Origin: Buchnera aphidicola str. APS (Acyrthosiphon pisum)
Lineage (GTDB): Bacteria > Pseudomonadota > Gammaproteobacteria > Enterobacterales > Enterobacteriaceae
Reading direction: 5' to 3'
Assembly (NCBI RefSeq): GCF_000009605.1
Contig: NC_002528.1
Coordinates: forward strand, 300,001-332,000
Length of the DNA: 32,000 nucleotides
Below, in pieces: positions 20,225-30,826 of this stretch. The stretch's first letter is position 1, and each line of letters opens with the position of its first letter. The position numbers were made by a program, and so were the translations under genes. The notes under the pieces are model-generated. The model was not told the DNA's origin. It was given only the letters and a program-made list of their open reading frames with translations, and made no database searches.

Positions 20225-21511
20225 ATGAGTCAATCTGATACTATTTTTGATTACAAGCATATTTGGCATCCTTATTCATCTATGAATAATCCTCATCCTT
20301 GTTATACTGTTATATCAGCTAAGGGAGTATATTTAAAATTAAAAAATAGGAAATATATGATAGATGGAATGTCTTCATGGTGGGCTGCAATACATGGTTA
20401 TAATCATCCTGTTTTAAATAAAGCATTAAAAAAACAGATAAGAAAAATGTCTCATGTAATGTTTGGCGGAATTACACATCCTCCAGCCATTTCACTGTGT
20501 CGAAAATTAATTTCACTAACGCCAGAAAAATTAGATTGTGTTTTTCTTTCTGATTCCGGTTCAGTTGCTATTGAAGTAGCAATAAAAATGTTAATACAGT
20601 ATTGGCAAGCATTAGGGCAAAAGAGAAAATTATTTTTGACTATTCGTAATGGTTATCATGGTGATACTTTTTCTGCAATGTCAGTATCGGACCCAAAAAA
20701 TTCATTCCATCAAATATATCATAACTTATTACCAAAACACTTATTTGCAGACGCACCAGTTTCTTCTTTTTATAAAAACTGGGACAACGAAGATATTTTA
20801 TCTTTTAAAAAAATAATAGAAAAAAATTCATTTAAAATAGCAGGGGTCATATTAGAACCTATCGTGCAAGGAGTCGGAGGGATGAATTTTTATCATCCTA
20901 TGTATTTGAAGCAAATAAAAATTTTATGTAATCATTATTCTATTCCAGTTATTTTTGATGAAATTGCAACTGGATTCGGTCGAACTGGAAAAATGTTTGC
21001 TTTTGAACATGCGAATGTTGTGCCAGATATACTATGTTTAGGAAAATCAATTACAGGTGGTACAATAACTTTGGCCGCAACTCTAACTTCACGTCATATT
21101 GCTGATACAATTAGTAAAGGTAAAGTCGGTTGTTTTATGCATGGTCCGACTTATATGGGAAATCCATTAGCATGTGCAGTTGCTAATGCTAACATCAAAA
21201 TATTAAAAACTAATCAATGGAAAATACAAGTATTGAATATTGAAAAGCAATTATTTAAAAGTTTAATGCCGTTAATTAATCATCCTTATGTTACTGATGT
21301 ACGTGTATTAGGAGCCATTGGTGTAGTTGAATGTTCTCGTTCAATTAATATGATTTCAATACAAAAATTTTTTGTTGAAAATGGTGTTTGGATTAGACCA
21401 TTTAAAAAATTAATTTATATTGTCCCACCTTATATTATTAGCCCTCACACATTAAAAAAATTAACGAACGTAATTTCGAATGCTTTAAATAAAACTGAAT
21501 TATTTATATAA
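20225..21511 (+). CDS. bioA: Adenosylmethionine-8-amino-7-oxononanoate aminotransferase
   Basis: WHPYSSM, DGMSSWWAAIHGYNHP, PLP lysine region LCLGKSITGGTITLAATLTS. Confidence 0.98.
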   Translation: MSQSDTIFDYKHIWHPYSSMNNPHPCYTVISAKGVYLKLKNRKYMIDGMSSWWAAIHGYNHPVLNKALKKQIRKMSHVMFGGITHPPAISLCRKLISLTPEKLDCVFLSDSGSVAIEVAIKMLIQYWQALGQKRKLFLTIRNGYHGDTFSAMSVSDPKNSFHQIYHNLLPKHLFADAPVSSFYKNWDNEDILSFKKIIEKNSFKIAGVILEPIVQGVGGMNFYHPMYLKQIKILCNHYSIPVIFDEIATGFGRTGKMFAFEHANVVPDILCLGKSITGGTITLAATLTSRHIADTISKGKVGCFMHGPTYMGNPLACAVANANIKILKTNQWKIQVLNIEKQLFKSLMPLINHPYVTDVRVLGAIGVVECSRSINMISIQKFFVENGVWIRPFKKLIYIVPPYIISPHTLKKLTNVISNALNKTELFI

Positions 21512-21519
21512 TTTTAATT

Positions 21520-22524
21520 TCAACACAATGCATGTATAAGTATCCATACAGGTCTTTGACCAGTACTATATACATTTATTTTTTTTAATTCACCAGTGCT
21601 ATTAGAAATGCTATATATAATGAATGTATTAGATTTTTCTCCAGCAACGATCAAATGTGTATTATGAGAATTTATATTAAATGATCGAGGTTGTTCTTCT
21701 GTATCATAACTTTTAAAAAAAACAAGTTTATTGTCATTTTGATTGATATGAAATAATGAAATAATATTAAAAAAGCGATCGCAAGCATACAAAAAACGAC
21801 CACACGATGTTATATGAATGTCAGAACACCAATAATCTTTTAGAAATCTATTTTTCAATACATGTATATTTTGTATATTTTTTACTTTTATCACGTTGTT
21901 CTTTTTGTATATTTTCCATACATCTATAGTTCCATTTAATTCATTTATAGTATAGATAAAATCTTGATTAGGATGAAAGATGATATGACGCGGACCTGAT
22001 TTTTTTTGAGTATGAAGAATATTTTGTTCAGTGCTTTTTAATATTCCAAAATCAGTTAGATAATACAAGTAAATACAATCTTCTTTCAGAGAGATAACAA
22101 ACAATATATTATATTTATAATTCATTTTTGCAGCATGACAACCTTCTATATTATAGATAATCTGTATTGGATTCTGAGGTATACCAAATTTATTTAATGG
22201 ACTTACACTAATAAAATTAGAATGATAAGAACTACAAAATAAAAATTCTTTCTTTTTATCAAAAGAAATATAATTGGCTTTTCCTGGAATATTACTCTCA
22301 TTTTTTTTTTCAAGGAAACCATTATGGTTTATAGAATATGTAATAATTTTATTATCAGGGAAAATTCCAGCATATAATAAATTTCTTTTTTGAATAATAT
22401 TTATAGGTTGAATTTTTCCGTCTGTTTCAATTTTTTGTATTAAATTCATTTTGCCACTCTTGCATAAATTCCATACTTCTATATTTTTACTTTCTGAATT
22501 TGCAATATAAACAACTTGTTTCAT
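21520..22524 (-). CDS. pgl: 6-phosphogluconolactonase (YbhE-type beta-propeller)
   Basis: 334-aa ORF with lactonase-family repeats (GPRHIIFHPNQDFIYTINELNGTIDVW) and syntenic position next to bioA. Confidence 0.92.
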   Translation of the reverse strand: MKQVVYIANSESKNIEVWNLCKSGKMNLIQKIETDGKIQPINIIQKRNLLYAGIFPDNKIITYSINHNGFLEKKNESNIPGKANYISFDKKKEFLFCSSYHSNFISVSPLNKFGIPQNPIQIIYNIEGCHAAKMNYKYNILFVISLKEDCIYLYYLTDFGILKSTEQNILHTQKKSGPRHIIFHPNQDFIYTINELNGTIDVWKIYKKNNVIKVKNIQNIHVLKNRFLKDYWCSDIHITSCGRFLYACDRFFNIISLFHINQNDNKLVFFKSYDTEEQPRSFNINSHNTHLIVAGEKSNTFIIYSISNSTGELKKINVYSTGQRPVWILIHALC

Positions 22525-22647
22525 ACAACTCCTTTAATATTCTATCTATAATTGTCAAGGATTATTTTATAAATTATTTCTCTGGATTATGAAAAGAATA
22601 AAAATATTTAATCATTATTTTTAAGAAGTTTTTTTATTAAATAAAAT

Positions 22648-25086
22648 TTAAATATTTTTTTTAAATAAATTTCTTAATAAATTAATAATCCACTTGAGAC
22701 GCAAATAATCATTTTTTAAATGCAAAATAAATTTTATTCTTGTAGAAGTTTCCATTTTCCAGATTTTTGGTTCTTTTTGAAACATTTTCAGTAAATATTC
22801 AGTATTTATAGAACCATAATCATTAAATTCTATTATGCCTATGTTATTATTAGATTTAATATATTTAATACCAATTTTATCTGCTATTAATCGAATTTTA
22901 GCAATTAGAATTAAATTCTTAGAAAAATCAGGTAGTTTACCAAATTGATCAATTAGTTCATATTTTATTTCTTCTATTTGTTTTTCATGTATAGCGTTGG
23001 CGAGTTTTTTATAAAAAAATAATCTTGTATTAATGTCTAATATATAACTACTAGGTAGTAGGGAAGATACATGTAAATCAATTTCTAATGGTTTTTTTAA
23101 TGATTTTTCAACAGAAAAAATTTTTCCATTTTTTAGTAAATCAATAGCATTTTTCAACAAGTCCATATATAAAGAAAAACCTATATTTTTTATATGTCCG
23201 CTTTGTTCTTTACCTAGTATCTCACCTACTCCTCTAATTTCTAAATCTTGATTAGATAGAGAAAAACCTCCTCCAAAATTATCAACTGATGAAATTGCTT
23301 CTAATCTTTTTTTGGCATCTGAAGTGATTTTATTAAAATTGTTGACAAGTAATAAAGCATATGCTTGATTATTTGATCGACCAATACGTCCGCGAAGTTG
23401 ATGTAATTGAGATAATCCAAAATGATCAGAATTTTCAATAATAATTGTATTAGCTCTTGCTATATCAACACCACTTTCAATAATCGTAGTACAAATCAAG
23501 ACATTGAATTTATTGTTGTAAAATTCATTCATGACTTTTTTTAAATCTATATTCTTCATTTGTCCATGACCTATTTTAATACTAGCTTCGGGAATTAATA
23601 TTGATAATCTTTCAGCGATGTTCATGATATTTTGAACTTTATTATATATATAATAAACTTGACCGCCTCTTGATATTTCACGTAGTATTGTTTTTCTTAT
23701 TAATATAGGACTATATTCTTGAATAAAAGTTTTAATTGCCAATCTTTGAGCTGGAGGTTTTGCTATAATAGATAGATCTTTTATACCAGTCATAGCCATA
23801 TTTAAAGTACGAGGTATAGGCGTAGCTGTTAAAGTCAGTATATCAATATTAGAATATATTTTTTTTATAATTTCTTTATGACTCACGCCAAACCTATGTT
23901 CTTCATCAATAATTAATAGTCCGAGACTACACCATTCTATATTTTTAAATAGCAGTTTATGAGTACCTATTATTATATTAATTCGTCCGTTTTTAGTATG
24001 CTTAAAAATTAAATCTTGTTCTTTTTGTGTTTGAAATCTAGATAATATATTAATATTAACAGGCCAATTAGAAAAACGAATTTTGAAATTTTTATAGTGT
24101 TGTTGTGCTAATAAAGTAGTTGGCACTAAAATAGCTACTTGTTTTTTATTAGATACAGCTAAAAAAGAAGCACGCATCGCTATTTCAGTCTTTCCGAAAC
24201 CGACATCACCACAAATTAAACGATCCATAGGAATTGGTTTAGACATGTCTTTTAGTACGAACTTCATTACTTCATTTTGATCTGATGTTGTTTTAAAAGA
24301 ACAGTCATTACAAAACAAGTCATATTTTTCTATGTTTTTTTTAAATGCAAAACCTGTTTTAGATTCTCTTTTTGCATAAATATGTAGTAATTGTGCTGCA
24401 TGATCGTAAACCGTTTTACTAATTTTATGTTTTTCTTTATTCCAATCATCACCACCTAATTTGTGAAGAGGAGCATTTTCTATAGATGTTCCGGTATAAG
24501 GTGAGACAAGATGTAGATTTGAAACCGGTACATATAATTTATCCCCTTCTGCATATGAAATAACAAGATATTCAGATTGTATGCTAGCAGTTTCTATAGT
24601 TGTTAATCCTTTATACCTTCCAATACCGTGTTCAATATGCATAACTGGATGATTTAAAATCAATTGAGATAAGTTAAATTTATTAATATTGTTAGTATTC
24701 TTTTTTATATTACCAATATATTTATCATCAATTAATATTGGCAACAAATCTTTTGTACAAAGAAATAAAATATTATTTTTTTTATCTATAAATCCATTTT
24801 TGATCTCTTCTATCATGTAAAAATAATCAATTTCTTTCTTAATATCAATAATTCTTTTAATATATTGTGGGTGTATTTTATGTCTCATTAAAAATCTTAA
24901 AATTTTTTTTAAAGATTTTTCTTCTGTCAAAGAAAATATTATTTTTCCTGAAAATGAATATAAATAGGACAATAACTGATTATTTTTTTTTTGATTATTT
25001 ACATTATAAAATAGATCTAGTAATTTTTGATATTTAAAATTAATAATTTTTTTGTTTTTTAAAATTTTATTTTTTGTAATTTTCAT
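22648..25086 (-). CDS. mfd: Transcription-repair coupling factor Mfd, N-terminally reduced (812 aa)
   Basis: Begins near E. coli Mfd domain D3, then the RNAP-interacting domain (HPVMHIEHGIGRYKGLTTIE), helicase motifs (CGDVGFGKTEIAMRAAF-like, DEEHRFGVSHKE, TLTATPIPRTLNMAMTG) and D7. The UvrB-homology N-terminus is absent. Confidence 0.96.
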   Translation of the reverse strand: MKITKNKILKNKKIINFKYQKLLDLFYNVNNQKKNNQLLSYLYSFSGKIIFSLTEEKSLKKILRFLMRHKIHPQYIKRIIDIKKEIDYFYMIEEIKNGFIDKKNNILFLCTKDLLPILIDDKYIGNIKKNTNNINKFNLSQLILNHPVMHIEHGIGRYKGLTTIETASIQSEYLVISYAEGDKLYVPVSNLHLVSPYTGTSIENAPLHKLGGDDWNKEKHKISKTVYDHAAQLLHIYAKRESKTGFAFKKNIEKYDLFCNDCSFKTTSDQNEVMKFVLKDMSKPIPMDRLICGDVGFGKTEIAMRASFLAVSNKKQVAILVPTTLLAQQHYKNFKIRFSNWPVNINILSRFQTQKEQDLIFKHTKNGRINIIIGTHKLLFKNIEWCSLGLLIIDEEHRFGVSHKEIIKKIYSNIDILTLTATPIPRTLNMAMTGIKDLSIIAKPPAQRLAIKTFIQEYSPILIRKTILREISRGGQVYYIYNKVQNIMNIAERLSILIPEASIKIGHGQMKNIDLKKVMNEFYNNKFNVLICTTIIESGVDIARANTIIIENSDHFGLSQLHQLRGRIGRSNNQAYALLLVNNFNKITSDAKKRLEAISSVDNFGGGFSLSNQDLEIRGVGEILGKEQSGHIKNIGFSLYMDLLKNAIDLLKNGKIFSVEKSLKKPLEIDLHVSSLLPSSYILDINTRLFFYKKLANAIHEKQIEEIKYELIDQFGKLPDFSKNLILIAKIRLIADKIGIKYIKSNNNIGIIEFNDYGSINTEYLLKMFQKEPKIWKMETSTRIKFILHLKNDYLRLKWIINLLRNLFKKNI

Positions 25087-25560
25087 AGAACGTATTTCTT
25101 TAAATAAAGTAATAATTTTTTAATTTAAATTAAACTAATTTTTATTCATATTATATTTTTTATAAATTTAAAAATATTTCTTAAATAAATATTTTAAATG
25201 TGTATTTAAAAAAATATAAATAATAATTATTTTATTTTACATTTTATTATATTAAAATTTATACTATAAATATTTTTATATTTTAATAAAAATACATTTT
25301 ATATAAATAAAATACTGATATTTTTTCTTTTTATTTTTTTAAATTACTATAATGATAATTATAGTATATAATAAAATAAGTAAAATAAAGAACAAAAAAA
25401 TTATCAATATAAATAAATAAGGATGTAATTTCTTTTTTTTTATTCTAATTTTATATAAAAAAAGAATTTGCATCGAATCGATAAAATAAAAATTTTTATT
25501 TTCAATTGAATATATTCAAAACATTCAATAAAAACTTTATAAATTTAAAATGACATCAGA

Positions 25561-26760
25561 ATGTATAAACCTATCTCTCTTTTTATTGCTTTACGTTATT
25601 TATGGAATACTCATTTACCAAATTTTAAAAAAATAATTACAATTCTATCTATTATAGGTATTAGTATAACGACAGCTTCACTAATTATTATTACATCTAT
25701 AATAAATGGATCTGAGAAAAATTTTGAAAAAAATATTTTATCATTTATTCCACATTTAATAATAACTAATAAAAATCAATGTATTAAAAAAGATCAATTT
25801 CCTGAAAATATTTTAAAATTAAATAATATTAAAAATATTTCTGATTTAATTAGTAAAGAAATCATTGTACAAAGTAAAAACGATATTTCTATGGCAGAAG
25901 TAATAGGAATTGACCATACAAACTATTACAATATTCATAACTATAATATTAAAAGTGTTTTAAAAACACTTAAGCCTGGATATTATAATATAATTATAGG
26001 AAAACAGTTAGCTAGAAAACTTAATGTATTTATCGGTGATAGACTGAAACTAATTTTTTTATCCAACACAAAAAATTTTTTTTCAGGAGAAATTTTCAAA
26101 CAACGTACATTTAAAATAATTAATTTTTTTTCAACTAAAAAAGAAGTTGATTATTATCAAATTTTAATGAACAAAGAAGACAGTTTGAATTTTTTAAATT
26201 ATTCTAAAGATTATGTTACTGGTTGGCGCGTATGGTTGAAAAATCCACTATCTTTAAATGTTAATGAGATAAAAAAGATAACACATCCATTATTTTTATT
26301 GGATTGGACGACACAAAAAGGTGAACTTTTTAAAGCCATGAAAATTGAAAAATATATCATGTTTCTTTTTTTGTTTTTAGTTTTATTAGTATCTATTTTA
26401 AATATAGTTGTTATTCTTACTATATGTACAGTAGAAAAACAAAATGCTGTTGCGATTTTACAGACACAGGGATTGCTGAATTGTAAAATTATGTTAATAT
26501 TTATTATATTTGGTTCAAGCACCGCAATTATTGGTAATATATTAGGTACACTAATTAGTCTCACATTAATAATACAAAATGATTTTTTGAAATTTTTTAT
26601 TAACATTTTTATTGATGAAACAAATATCCCTATAATTGTTATTCCATATCAAATTTTTTTTATTAATATTACTATTACATTATTTACCATACTATCAACA
26701 CTTTATCCATCTTGGAAGGCTATCCAATTAAAACCATCTAGAATTTTGTCCAATGAATAA
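25561..26760 (+). CDS. lolC: Lipoprotein-releasing ABC transporter permease LolC
   Basis: 399-aa FtsX/LolC-type permease (FIALRYLW..., SIIGISITTASLIIITSIINGSEK; C-term YPSWKAIQLKPSRILSNE) directly upstream of lolD. Confidence 0.9.
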   Translation: MYKPISLFIALRYLWNTHLPNFKKIITILSIIGISITTASLIIITSIINGSEKNFEKNILSFIPHLIITNKNQCIKKDQFPENILKLNNIKNISDLISKEIIVQSKNDISMAEVIGIDHTNYYNIHNYNIKSVLKTLKPGYYNIIIGKQLARKLNVFIGDRLKLIFLSNTKNFFSGEIFKQRTFKIINFFSTKKEVDYYQILMNKEDSLNFLNYSKDYVTGWRVWLKNPLSLNVNEIKKITHPLFLLDWTTQKGELFKAMKIEKYIMFLFLFLVLLVSILNIVVILTICTVEKQNAVAILQTQGLLNCKIMLIFIIFGSSTAIIGNILGTLISLTLIIQNDFLKFFINIFIDETNIPIIVIPYQIFFINITITLFTILSTLYPSWKAIQLKPSRILSNE

Positions 26761-27439
26761 TATTATCATAAAATGTATTAATTTGAATAAGTCTTACAAA
26801 GACGGCGATTTTACTTATACAATTCTAAAAAATATATCATTTCAATTAAATAAAGGAGATATAGCAGGTATTATTGGAAAATCAGGATCAGGAAAAACAA
26901 CTTTTTTACATTTACTCGCAGGATTAGAGAATCCTACTTCCGGTGACATATTATTTAATGGTAGATTATTTAGTTCTATGTCATCTAATAAAATGTCAAA
27001 ATTTAGAAATATTGAATTAGGTTTTATATATCAATTTCATCATTTAATGTTAGATTTCAATATATTAGAAAATGTTTCAATGCCTCTTCTGATTAGTAAT
27101 AAAAGCAAAAAAGATTCTGAAGAAATAGCATATAACATGCTAAAAAAGTTTAATTTAGAAGATAAGATAAAAAAATATCCTTCTGAATTATCTGGAGGAG
27201 AAAGACAGCGTGTTGCTGTTGCTAGAGCATTTATTAATAAGCCATCTTTAATAATAGCAGATGAACCTACTGGAAATTTAGATGAAGACAATACAAATAT
27301 TATCTTTAATTTAATCACAGAATTAAATTCTGATTATAATACTTCGTTCATAATTGCCACACATGATCCTACTTTAATAAAAAAGATACCTGTTTTGTTT
27401 AAAATAGAAAACAATCAGATATTTAATTATGAAAGTTAA
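26753..27439 (+). CDS. lolD: Lipoprotein-releasing ABC transporter ATPase LolD
   Basis: Walker A GKSGSGKTT, signature LSGGERQRVAVARAF, Walker B LIIADEPTGNLD; start overlaps the lolC stop by 8 bp. Confidence 0.97.
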   Translation: MNNIIIKCINLNKSYKDGDFTYTILKNISFQLNKGDIAGIIGKSGSGKTTFLHLLAGLENPTSGDILFNGRLFSSMSSNKMSKFRNIELGFIYQFHHLMLDFNILENVSMPLLISNKSKKDSEEIAYNMLKKFNLEDKIKKYPSELSGGERQRVAVARAFINKPSLIIADEPTGNLDEDNTNIIFNLITELNSDYNTSFIIATHDPTLIKKIPVLFKIENNQIFNYES

Positions 27440-27456
27440 TTAAAAAGAAACATTCA

Positions 27457-28694
27457 ATGAATTCTTTACCTTTTTTAATTGCAAAAAAATTTTCTCTTAA
27501 GAAAAACAAAAATTATTTAATATTTTTAACCTCTATTTTATCTAAAATAGGAGTTTCCATTAGTATATTTGCATTAATTGTTAGCGTTAGTGCATTAAAT
27601 GGATTTCAGGTGTTATTGAATAAAACAATTTTATCGAATCTACCTCATGGAATTATGAAATTTACTGATCAATCATATTTCAAATGGCATAGTATGATAA
27701 AAAAAATAAATATTTTACCAGGAATTACTTATTCTGAACCTTATATTGTTACTAAAGGACTATTAGTTATCAAGAACCAAGTAAAACCAATTGAAATTAA
27801 AAGCTTTAGTAATATAAAACATCTTAAAAAAAAATTTTTTTTTCATCTGAAAATGATAATTTTTTAAAAAAAAAAGGCAACGAGTGTGAAATTATTCTTT
27901 CATCTTATTTATCAAAATATTTATCAATCAAAAAAGGTAATTGGATTAATATATTTTTTTTAAATAAAAAAGATAATGATCTTAATTCGCAGATACAAAA
28001 TTTTTCTTTAAAGATTGCAGGTGTATTTGAATCCAATGGAATATTAGATTCAAAAATAGGATACGTTCCCTTGAGTTTTTTTAAAAAATTTTTTAATGCA
28101 GATAAAAATATTAATACAATCGAACTACATATGTCTGATCCCTTAAATGCTGATAAAATCATTTTAAATGCTGCAAAGAAAATCAACACACCTTTTTTAG
28201 CGTATACATGGATTGATAGTTATAAATATATATACGATGATATTAAGAAAATTAAAGCAGTAGTATATTTGGGTCTTTTATTACTTGTAATAATTTCATG
28301 TTTTAGTATTGCATCTATTTCTTTAATTACTGTATTTAAAAAAACACAAGAAATTGCTATTTTACGAAGCATGGGGGCTAATAACCGTCTCATTCAAATA
28401 ATTTTTTTATATTATGGATTACGCTCTATTATCATTAGTAATTTAATTGGTCTTTTTATAGGAATAACGACTATTTTAAATTTCAAGAGAATCTTACTCT
28501 TTTTAGAAAAAAACTTTAAAAATAATATGTTGTTAGATAACATTTATTACAATAATTTTTTTATGTTAAAAATAAATTTTCTAGATGTAATAATTATATT
28601 TATAAGTACTATGATAATAGGAATGATAACAAATTGGTATCCAGCATATTATGCTTCAAAAATTGATCCTAGTAAAATATTAAAAGAATATTAA
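27457..28694 (+). pseudogene. lolE: LolE permease gene, split by a frame change at the A9T9 tract (27826-27843); possibly rescued by slippage
   Basis: ORF 27457-27867 encodes the LolE-like N-terminus. A second frame open from 27828 to 28694 encodes the rest and ends YPAYYASKIDPSKILKEY. Adding one base in the overlap gives a 412-aa protein. Confidence 0.88.
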
Positions 28695-28697
28695 TAA

Positions 28698-29774
<1,077 letters not shown>

Positions 29775-29872
29775 ATGTTCATATAACTAATAATTATAAA
29801 AATATCATATTTTATTCTAAAAAATAATATTTATACTTTCATTAGAAATAATGATGGGTATATTTTTTATAT

Positions 29873-29906
29873 ATAGCAGTATTAATTTTTAATTTAATAC
29901 TGCTAT
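29873..29906. terminator. Bidirectional terminator-like hairpin downstream of gapA
   Basis: ATAGCAGTATTAA (29873-29885), loop TTTTTAAT, TTAATACTGCTAT (29894-29906). It is a perfect 13-bp stem followed by TATATTTTT on + and by an AT-rich run with several U on the other strand; located between convergent gapA and fldA. Confidence 0.55.
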
Positions 29907-30104
29907 TATATTTTTAAAAATATTTTAATAATATTTAAAATTTTTTTCCATAATTTGAAATTTATTATTTTCTATACATATTTTATATAAAAAAATAATT
30001 TAATTTTTATATCAATGCGAAATAAATATATATATATGTGAATTGAAAAATTTAGTTTAAAATAAACTAAAAAAGTCTATTATTCTAAATAATATTTTTT
30101 ATAT

Positions 30105-30620
30105 TTAATGTGTATTAAAATAAGGAATAATTTGTTTTACCCATTGCTTTATTCTATATTCAGTTTTATTTGCTTGACGATCTTCATCTAAAATTAGTCC
30201 ATAAAAATATTTTTTATTCAGTAAAGCTTTAGATTGCTCAAAATAATAGTCTTCTGTAGACCATTTTCCAATTATATTCGCTTTATTTTTTTTTAAAATA
30301 TCATAAATGGTACCTATTGCATCGCAAAAATATTCACTGTAATCTTCTTGATCACCGCATCCGAATAATGCCACAATTTTATTTGAAAAATTGATTTTTT
30401 TTAAAGTTGGCAAGAAATCATCCCAATCACATTGAACTTCACCATAATACCAAGTAGGGACTCCAAATATTAAAAAATTAAAATCTTCAATGTCTTTTTG
30501 GGAAGTATTACTAATATCGTATAAACAAGAAACATTATCACCTATATATTTTTGAATTAATTTTGCTATCTTTTCTGTGTTTCCAGTATCACTACCAAAA
30601 AAAATTCCTATTTTTTTCAT
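30105..30620 (-). CDS. fldA: Flavodoxin FldA
   Basis: [23 protein letters not shown]-binding loop, [34 protein letters not shown]. Confidence 0.97.
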   Translation of the reverse strand: MKKIGIFFGSDTGNTEKIAKLIQKYIGDNVSCLYDISNTSQKDIEDFNFLIFGVPTWYYGEVQCDWDDFLPTLKKINFSNKIVALFGCGDQEDYSEYFCDAIGTIYDILKKNKANIIGKWSTEDYYFEQSKALLNKKYFYGLILDEDRQANKTEYRIKQWVKQIIPYFNTH

Positions 30621-30826
30621 TTTAGTCTCTTGTAATAAAATATATTTTTAATATAGATATATGTTAATGTATTAATGTGTATTTTTTTTCTACTACAAAG
30701 TAAAAATTAATTTTTATTTTTATAAAAAAATGAATTTATAGAAAGAACTATTCTAAAAATTCTTCTATAAAATAATATTTCCTAACAATATTTTTCAGCT
30801 GAGTTAATATATTAAATATAAATATT

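Noticed and set aside
25087-25560. 474-bp mfd/lolC divergent spacer as a possible hidden gene or remnant
   Set aside because: Extremely AT-rich with no recognisable coding or RNA gene signal by eye; best explained as a decayed spacer containing promoters. The Mfd frame upstream of its ATG shows only 11 codons without homology.
27905-28189. Minus-strand 94-aa ORF within lolE
   Set aside because: Shadow of the second half of the lolE coding frame, whose plus-strand frame aligns with LolE.
28071-28694. Treating the 207-aa ORF as a standalone protein starting MSFFKKFF
   Set aside because: Its frame is open upstream to 27828 and the upstream residues (e.g. FSLKIAGVFESNGILDSKIGYVPLSFFKKFF) continue LolE homology; the ATG is internal.
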